Shown: positions 35,013 to 42,675 of the stretch, in pieces
Layout: each line of letters begins with the position of its first letter
Position numbering within the stretch: the first letter of the stretch is position 1
Assembly: GCA_964035575.1 (NCBI GenBank)
Contig: OZ037838.1
Location: forward strand, 1,054,001 to 1,118,000
Reading direction: 5' to 3'
Source: Rhynchopus sp. YZ270_cl-10
Lineage: Eukaryota
Length of the DNA: 64,000 nucleotides
Made by a program: the position numbers and the translations under genes
The notes under the pieces: generated by a model
The model's database searches: none
What the model was told of the DNA's origin: nothing
The model's input: the letters and a program-made list of their open reading frames with translations, nothing else

Positions 35013-36015
35013 CCCTTTATGGACCACGACCGATTTTTTCGATTTGCTAGGATCTTCTCTCCCATAGGTAAAATGAGATCCGATGCATATTTTTGATCGT
35101 ACCTGGCCGCAATTGAAAGATTTTGAGCAGATCTTTCAAATGGAGCAGAAATCGAAATAAAATGAGAAAAATGGAAAATTGAAAATTGAGGAGAGCTGAT
35201 ATTTTTTTCTGAAAATTTTGAAGAAAAAAATTATTCCGGTTGCGCACCTGTTTTTTCGGTTTTCGAAAATGGCTTTATTTGAAAGATCGGTTCAAAATCT
35301 TTCAAAAGAAAAAAAAATCGATCAAAAAGTCCTAGTAGATAATGTCTCACTGCATGGAGAGAAGGTACCAACCAACTATATATACCGTAATTGTACAGAG
35401 GTAGGACAGTACAAAAGTTGGGGCTTTTGGGACTTTTGGCCAACTTGGCCTGGTGCTGAACAAAGGTGAACGCCGCATCCCCCGCACATGTAATCTGTTT
35501 TCAGACGCCTGTTTCCCAAGCAAGAAGAAGTTGTCGACCAACACCCTCCTGCCAGTGTCTCTGTACCTTGACCGTGTTGATATAGATTTTCTGTACAATG
35601 TCCCTCAAAAGACAAAATGCAATAAATACACGGAGAAGAGGCACATCCAGTTCAGGGTCAGGAACTGCAACTACGCGTGTTACTTTGCCCAGTCGCGGGT
35701 ATTTTCCATTATTTTAGTTTCGTTCTGAAGACCGTACAAAATGGTTCCCTGCACACCAAAGTTTGAATCCTCTGATGACTCAAGCGCGTCAGAATGGTAC
35801 ATTATTCCCAAAAAATGACCCAAAATACCCTATTATGTGATAATGCCGGGTGTGGATGAGAGGGGATGAGAGCGTCAAAAAAAATCGAATCTTGCGTCTT
35901 TTGAAAGATTTCGCACAAAATCTTCTCATTTAAAAAAAAAATCTTCAAAAAGTCCTAGTGGAAGCCAATTTAGGTGGTTGCGTGGACATATATGTCCCCT
36001 CTGGTCCTTAAAGGG
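35013..36015. mobile_element. Non-autonomous piggyBac-like element, related to 29726-31085 in opposite orientation
   Basis: TTAA|CCCTTTATGGACCA ... TGGTCCTTAAAGGG|TTAA. Shares ggacatatatgtcc and the reverse complement of aaatctttcaattgcggccaggtacgatcaaaaat. Confidence 0.88.
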
Positions 36016-36356
36016 TTAAAAAAAAACCCCCCTCAAGACCCTCAAAACACCCCCCAAGAAACTCCCTTTTCAGCCCTGTTGCTGCTTTTCTCTTATTTCT
36101 GCCTGCCACAGGTCGTCCACCTCGCTCACTATATCGCGCCTTCACGGTCTCTACCTGGGCAGTCGTGTCTAGCGTTGTCATGTTTGTTTGTAGCACACAA
36201 GTAAGAAGAGAGACTCTAGGTCTCATTGGCGTTTGTGCTCAAGAGTTGTGTTGTTCTGCTTGTGTGTTGCCGTTGTTAACCCACCAACCTTCTTATTTGT
36301 CGTTGCGAAGTTACCCCACCAACCATCACATCAAACACAACAGACCCCTTAACAAT

Positions 36357-37526
36357 ATGATGGATGTGACCTTTGTGCTGGAAGAGTCAGGCGTGACTGC
36401 GACAGTGGAGGTGCCGTGCGAGGCGAACGTTGCAGCGGCAAAGGAGGTTGCGTGCACGGCGCTTGCTGTCTCGCCTGCGTCTGTCGAGATGCGCATCGGC
36501 ACGCAGGTGCTGGAGGGGACGTGCCGTCTGCAAGACACTGCGTTTGGCGCAGGGGTGCAGGTTGTGCTTACCCGCCCTCGCTTTGCCGACATCAAGTGTC
36601 CTGCTGAGTACGATACACAGGGCACCTTGCAAAATTTCTCACTGTCTCCTTGTGGAACGCTCTGCCTCGTTGTCGTGGCTGTCGATGCACGTATTGCCTG
36701 TGTAGGCTTCGACACAGAAACCTTCAACACTGCCTTCGAGTTTGACTTCGGACGTAATTGCCTCGGAGCACCTGCCATCCTGACTGCCATTTCGCAGTGC
36801 AAGACACTCTGCTACGTGGCGTGTGTGGATCACCTTCTCGAGCTTGCGCTTCCGGGGTGGGGAGGTGCTCCGCAAAGTTACAAGACCCTCGACAGCAGTG
36901 TTTGCCCGCGGTGGTGTTGTTGTCTCGCCGGCATAGACGGCGTCTCTGTGTATGACGAAGACCTGACGTTGCTCCGCTCTCTCTCGCACGAAGGGTGCCG
37001 CAGCATTTATGGAGCGGCAGTGTCGGACTGTGGTGGGTGGGTGATCACCTCCTCCGAGAAGAACACACGTCTGTGGGATGTGAACACAGGTGAAGCTGTG
37101 GCATGTGTGGAAAGCATGCCTCCGCGAGCGTGGGAGTTAAAGCTAGCGCTTTCACGGTCTGCCTCTGTCTTTGCTGTGGGTTGCAATCAAGAAGTGCAGC
37201 TCTATCATTGGAGTGGTGCGGCTCTTGGCAACATTAAAAAGCCGTCTCGCAAGTACCTTCTCGATGGCGTGCAGTTCACTCCCTGTGGGAAGTACGTCAT
37301 CGTTGACTTTAGGAAAGCATCAAGGTCTGAGGACGAAACTTTCCTCCTCCAACAGTATGATCTGGCGACCATGTCCTGTGTGAGTGTGATACGAAAATGC
37401 TGGAGTGAGTTTGTGATATCACCGTGTTCACGTGTGGTTATGTACGAGTCAGGAGAAAGTGCCGCCCTTGTGACGAGGCATCTGTACCCACTACTTCAAG
37501 CCAGCAGGAAACGCCGCAGGAAGTGA
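36357..37526 (+). CDS. Ubl + beta-propeller protein, copy 8 (internal compensated frameshift, basic C-terminal tail)
   Basis: Family ATG at 36357 and ORF open throughout. ~36856-36933 reads in a shifted frame. Ends LLQASRKRRRK. Confidence 0.75.
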   Translation: MMDVTFVLEESGVTATVEVPCEANVAAAKEVACTALAVSPASVEMRIGTQVLEGTCRLQDTAFGAGVQVVLTRPRFADIKCPAEYDTQGTLQNFSLSPCGTLCLVVVAVDARIACVGFDTETFNTAFEFDFGRNCLGAPAILTAISQCKTLCYVACVDHLLELALPGWGGAPQSYKTLDSSVCPRWCCCLAGIDGVSVYDEDLTLLRSLSHEGCRSIYGAAVSDCGGWVITSSEKNTRLWDVNTGEAVACVESMPPRAWELKLALSRSASVFAVGCNQEVQLYHWSGAALGNIKKPSRKYLLDGVQFTPCGKYVIVDFRKASRSEDETFLLQQYDLATMSCVSVIRKCWSEFVISPCSRVVMYESGESAALVTRHLYPLLQASRKRRRK

Positions 37527-37867
37527 CGTCCTTGTGACACGACATCTGTACCCCTACTGAGTGATGCAGTCCACCCTGTGTGGGAAGTACCTCCTCGCTG
37601 TCGCTGAGTACTGCGGTGTGTTGCTGTCGTGCGTTGCATCAGTATTTGCGTTGCACCCTCGACCTACTAGCCTGTGAGGGAATTCATTTTCAGATATTTT
37701 GAGGATAACGACCACACCACCCTTTACCTCTCTTTTTCACTTTTGCTTTGTTAAAACCCTCTTCTGTTGGTGGAAACTACAGACACAACGAAACCATCAC
37801 AAACACACGAAACAACCCACACCTCATCTCCTTCCTAGCAGAGGTGGAACAAGAAGAAGACAAAACA

Positions 37868-38971
37868 ATGGATGTGACCTTTGTGCTGGAAGAGTCGGGC
37901 GTGACTGCGACAGTGGAGGTGCCGTGCGAGGCGAACGTTGCAGCGGCAAAGGAGGTTGCGTGCACGGCGCTTGCTGTCTCGCCTGCGTCTGTCGAGATGC
38001 GCATCGGCACGCAGGTGCTGGAGGGGACGTGCCGTCTGCAGGACACTGCGTTTGATGCAGGGGTGCAGGTTGTGCTTGCCTGCCCTCGCTTGGCCGACAT
38101 CAAGTGTCCTGCTGACTGCATTGTCGACCGGAATGTTCGTTACGTGTCGCTCTCGCGTTGTGGGTCACTCTGTATCTTCTATTGTGGTGGCGATGTGAGT
38201 GCTGTCGACACAGAAACCTTCGACACCGTCTTCTCGTTCAATGTGGAGGATGCTGATCCCAGCGTCCCTGCCATCTCGCAGTGCAAGACACGCTGCTACC
38301 TGATGAGTCGGCAGAGAGACTGTTTTCTTGAGGTTGCGCTTCCGGGTGGGGAGGTGGTCCGCAAAGTCGATGGCACCTCGCTGTCAGTGTTCGCGTGTGG
38401 CAGTGTAGTTGTCTCCCAAGGCAAAGACGGTGTCTCTGTGTATGACGAAGACCTGACGTTGCTCCGCTTTCTCTCGCACGAAGGGTGCAGGCGTGTGGCA
38501 CTGTCGGACTGTGGTGGGTGGGTGATCAGCTTTTCCGAAGTCGACAACAACGCACGAGTGTGGGATGTTGAGACAGGTGAAGCCGTCATATGCGTGACGA
38601 GAGTGCCAGGGGAGCGGTGCGTGGCACTTTCAAGTTCTGCCTCTGTCTTTGCTGTGGTGAGCTCCAACAGAGTGCAGCTCTATGATTGGAGTGGTATGGT
38701 TTTTGGCAGTATTCAAATTTGTGGTGTTGTCTCGTACATGCAGTTCACCCCATGCGGGAAGTACCTTGTAGTGAAGGTTGACGATGTGATTCATTCCGAA
38801 GGGCGTGTGGTTCGCACAATACACCAGTATGATGTTGAGACTCTATCCTGTGTGCGTGTGTTCACGGACGTTGCTGGGGTGTCGTTTGCGTTGTCGCCGT
38901 GTTCACGTGTGGTTGTGTTTGGGTCTTACCACTATGTTGTAACAAGACATCTGTACCCGCACAACGAGTGA
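37868..38971 (+). CDS. Ubl + beta-propeller protein, copy 9
   Basis: Family ATG at 37868, intact. Confidence 0.85.
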   Translation: MDVTFVLEESGVTATVEVPCEANVAAAKEVACTALAVSPASVEMRIGTQVLEGTCRLQDTAFDAGVQVVLACPRLADIKCPADCIVDRNVRYVSLSRCGSLCIFYCGGDVSAVDTETFDTVFSFNVEDADPSVPAISQCKTRCYLMSRQRDCFLEVALPGGEVVRKVDGTSLSVFACGSVVVSQGKDGVSVYDEDLTLLRFLSHEGCRRVALSDCGGWVISFSEVDNNARVWDVETGEAVICVTRVPGERCVALSSSASVFAVVSSNRVQLYDWSGMVFGSIQICGVVSYMQFTPCGKYLVVKVDDVIHSEGRVVRTIHQYDVETLSCVRVFTDVAGVSFALSPCSRVVVFGSYHYVVTRHLYPHNE

Positions 38972-39472
38972 TGTTTTTGTTTATATTTTTGTAAAGGCCA
39001 CCGCTTCTTCTTCTTCTTCTTGATGGTTTGTCATGCAAGGCATCGTCGACATCACAGGTGTTGCTGTGGCATGTATGCTGGTGGAGGGGTTGAATGTCGC
39101 GCTTGTGCGGTCTCTGCCTGGGCAGTCGTGTCTAGCGTTGTCATGTTTGTCTGTTGCACACAAGTAAGAAGAGAGACTCCAGGTCTCATTGGCGCTTGTT
39201 TTTCAAGAGTTTGTGTGTTGTTCTGCTCTTGTGAGTTGCTGTTAAAAGGAAACACAAACCTGCCTTCGAGCGGTTGTGCGCCTTCCCAGTTCACCACAGT
39301 ACGGGCAAGCCACGAGGTTTCTTTTCACCTCCTATGTATTTTCCGCAAGGTAATCTTTAAATTGCTTGCTTTGTCAGAGTTTGTTGAAACGCGTATTTAA
39401 CCCGCCAACCTTCTTATTTGTCGTTGCGAAGTGACCCCACCAACCATCAAACACAACAGACCCCTTAACAAT

Positions 39473-40588
39473 ATGATGGATGTGACCTTTGTGCTGGAAG
39501 AGTCAGGCGTGACTGCGACAGTGGAGGTGCCGTGCGAGGCGGACGTTGCAGCGGCAAAGGAGGTTGCGTGCACGGCGCTTGCTGTCTCGCCTGCGTCTGT
39601 CGAGATGCGCATCGGCACGCAGGTGCTGGAGGGGACGTGCCGTCTGCAGGACACTGCGTTTGATGCAGGGGTGCAGGTTGTGCTTGCCCGTCCTCGCGTT
39701 GCTGACATCAAGTGTCCTGCTGAGAAGGAAGTAGATGGGATGGTGCACAATCTCTCGTTGTCTCCTTGTGGAACGCTCTGCCTCGTTGCATGCGTGACTG
39801 ACGATGAACGTTTTGCCTGCGTAGGCTTTGACACAGAAACCTTCAACACTGCCTTCGAGTTTGACTTCGGACGTAATTGCTTCGGAGCACCTGCCATATC
39901 GAGATGCAAGACACGCTGCTACCTACCGTGTAGGCAAGACTTACGCAAGGTTGCGCTTCCGGGTGGGGAGGTACTCCGCAAAGTCGACGGCGACTTGTAC
40001 TCAGTGTTCGCGTGTGGCGGTGTTGTTGTCTCGAAGCACAAAGACGGGGTCTCTGTGTATGACGAAGACCTGACGTTGCTCCGCTCTTTCTCGCACAAAG
40101 GGTGCACCCAGTGGTGCGGCGCGGCAGTGTCGGACTGTGGTGGGTGGGTGATCACCTCGTCTCACAGTGAGAAGAAGACACGTCTGTGGGATGTGAAGAC
40201 AGGTGAAGCTGTGGCATGTGTGCCTATGTCAGGGTGTGATGTCGCACTGTCAAGGTCTGCCTCTGTCTTTGCTGTAGGGGGCTATGTGGATGAGGCATGG
40301 AGAGTGCAGCTCTACGGCTGGAGTGGTGCAGCTCTTCAGAACACCACTACCTCAGAGTTCTTTGACCTGCAATTTACCCCGTGTGGGAAGTACCTTGTGG
40401 TCAATGTACTTAGGAGTGGAGCAGCAGAGCTGCGACAGTATGATGTGGCGACTATGTCGTGTGTACTTGTGATCCCAGACGTCAAACGTACGTCGTTTGC
40501 GATATCACCGTGTTCGCGCGTGGTTGTGTTTGTATCATCCGAAAGCGACAGTATTGTAACAAGACATCTGTACCCCCACAACGAGTGA
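39473..40588 (+). CDS. Ubl + beta-propeller protein, copy 10
   Basis: Family ATG at 39473, intact. Confidence 0.85.
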   Translation: MMDVTFVLEESGVTATVEVPCEADVAAAKEVACTALAVSPASVEMRIGTQVLEGTCRLQDTAFDAGVQVVLARPRVADIKCPAEKEVDGMVHNLSLSPCGTLCLVACVTDDERFACVGFDTETFNTAFEFDFGRNCFGAPAISRCKTRCYLPCRQDLRKVALPGGEVLRKVDGDLYSVFACGGVVVSKHKDGVSVYDEDLTLLRSFSHKGCTQWCGAAVSDCGGWVITSSHSEKKTRLWDVKTGEAVACVPMSGCDVALSRSASVFAVGGYVDEAWRVQLYGWSGAALQNTTTSEFFDLQFTPCGKYLVVNVLRSGAAELRQYDVATMSCVLVIPDVKRTSFAISPCSRVVVFVSSESDSIVTRHLYPHNE

Positions 40589-41117
40589 TACGTCTTGCCA
40601 CCACACACCTATCCAGTGATGGCAGATCTGCATCCACAAGCAAGACACTGCAGACCACCTTGTCGCAGCCGAACACCACATCGCCTCCCGTCAGCGACAT
40701 CTTTTTACGGTTGGTTGCTCAAAGCTCGGCACAGAAGAAGCCCTCCGTCTGCACACGACGCACCTCGAGGCTGCAGCCACAGCAACAGCAAGGGTGCAGG
40801 CCGCAGAAGGAACGGAGCCTTTCCATGCGATTTCCCACCTCATTACCGATGATGAGCTTGTATGGAGGCAGAGCCACACTTCATCGACAGGTCGAGGTGT
40901 GTGCGTTTCACTGCTTGTGTTTTGATTGCTTTATTCTTAGTAGGGGTGCAGACAAAGGAAGAGTAGGAGGGCGGTTTCAATTTTAGTCTTATCTAGCCAC
41001 CCAAACAACGACCCCCATCCCTCGTCCCCTCTTTCCACGTGTCCACCCTCTCAGCTCCTTCAACTGTCCACCAAACAGAACATTAAATTGCATCACACCA
41101 ACACAGATCTCGAAACA

Positions 41118-42362
41118 ATGATGGATGTGACCTTTGTGCTGGAAGAGTCAGGCGTGACTGCGACAGTGGAGGTGCCGTGCGAGGCGAAGGTTGCAGCGGC
41201 AAAGGAGGTTGCGTGCACGGCGCTTGCTGTCTCGCCTGTGTCTGTCGAGATGCGCATCGGCACGCAGGTGCTGGAGGGGACGTGCCGTCTGCAGGACACT
41301 GCGTTTGATGCAGGGGTGCAGGTTGTGCTTGCCCGCCCTCGCTTGGCCGACATCAAGTGTCCTGCTGAGAAGGAAGTAGATGGGAACGTGACATCCTTGT
41401 CACTGTCGCGTTGTGGAACGCTGTGCATCTACCACAAGGCTATGGCGTTCAGACGCGGCTCCTGGAGTAACTATTGTGTTGGTGGCTTCGACACAGACAC
41501 CTTCGAAACCGTTTTCTCCTTTGCAGTGAAAGCTTGGAGCCTGCTCGGTCCGCCTGCCATCTCGCAGTGCAAGACACGCTGCTACCTGGCGTGCAACAGC
41601 ATTTTCAAGGTTGCGCTTCCGGGTGGGGAGGTGCTCCTCAAAATCGACGGTATTTCAGAGTCAGTGTTCGTCTGTGGCAATGTTGTTGTCTCCCAAGGCA
41701 AAGACGGCGTCTCTGTGTATGACGAAGACCTGACGTTACTCCGCTCTCTCTCGCACGAAGGTTGTATTAAAGCGGCCGTCTCGGACTGTGGTGGGTGGGT
41801 GGTCAGCTTCTCTTACACCGACAAGAACGCACGTGTGTGGGATGTGAACACAGGTGTTCACATTGCTGTGGCATGTGTGCCGGTGGTTCAATCCCAAACT
41901 ACTTTGGCACCGTCGCAACAGTGTGAAGTAGCTGTGTCGCGTTCTGCCTCGATGTTTGCTGTAGGATTCTCTCAAGGAGTGTACCATCGAGGAGGGTACA
42001 GAGGCGTACGTCTCTTTGATATGAGTGGCGCAGTTCTTCATGATGTTGACGTGGAGGGCGACTACCTGGGCATGCAGTTCACCCCGTGTGGGAAGTACCT
42101 TGTGTTGATGTCTTATGTAACTAATTCTGACGATGAAGAAGATGGCGGACCAGTGCTGAGCCAGTGGGATGTGGTGACCATGTCCCGTGTGCAAGGTACG
42201 GATGGTTACCGCGGGTTGTTTGCGATATCGCCGTGTTCTCGTGTGGCTTTGAGTGTACGCGAAGACTGCTTTAACTACATCTGTACAAATCATCTGTACC
42301 CTCATGAAGCAGTTAAGAAGGTGAAGAAGGCGGCACCCAAACAATGCCAAATGAAGCCTTGA
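41118..42362 (+). CDS. Ubl + beta-propeller protein, copy 11 (extended basic C-terminus)
   Basis: Family ATG at 41118, intact. Longer loops and tail HEAVKKVKKAAPKQCQMKP. Confidence 0.85.
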   Translation: MMDVTFVLEESGVTATVEVPCEAKVAAAKEVACTALAVSPVSVEMRIGTQVLEGTCRLQDTAFDAGVQVVLARPRLADIKCPAEKEVDGNVTSLSLSRCGTLCIYHKAMAFRRGSWSNYCVGGFDTDTFETVFSFAVKAWSLLGPPAISQCKTRCYLACNSIFKVALPGGEVLLKIDGISESVFVCGNVVVSQGKDGVSVYDEDLTLLRSLSHEGCIKAAVSDCGGWVVSFSYTDKNARVWDVNTGVHIAVACVPVVQSQTTLAPSQQCEVAVSRSASMFAVGFSQGVYHRGGYRGVRLFDMSGAVLHDVDVEGDYLGMQFTPCGKYLVLMSYVTNSDDEEDGGPVLSQWDVVTMSRVQGTDGYRGLFAISPCSRVALSVREDCFNYICTNHLYPHEAVKKVKKAAPKQCQMKP

Positions 42363-42675
42363 GGAATGCTTGCAGCCAACTCCGCGCCAACGTGCGAACG
42401 ATCTGCAACTCCCCCCCCCGCAGCGTCTAAATAGTACATTTTTAAAGACCAAAAACAACAACTTTCATTCAACCCCCTCCGTAGCGTCTGTTCATAGTGG
42501 CTACGTACCATTTGCCTTTTGTCATCATTCAGATCCCATAGCGTTTCTTTGCGGTGTTTAGCCCAAGCAAAGATGCAAAGCTTAGATCTGACGGTGCCAG
42601 TGTTTTTGTGTCGTCTCACGGCGTCTCTGTGTATGGCGAAGACCTGACGTTGCTCTCCGGTCTCTCGCACGAGAG

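Noticed and set aside
820..41428. Recurrent antisense and alternate-frame ORFs over the Ubl region (MSAKRGRASTTCTP..., MQRQRRLRARRLL...)
   Set aside because: They recur only because the underlying DNA is near-identical, and their lengths and ends vary randomly between copies.
851..42362. Diversity-generating retroelement as source of propeller variation
   Set aside because: No reverse transcriptase or template repeat in the window. Variation includes indels and all four bases rather than adenine-specific changes.
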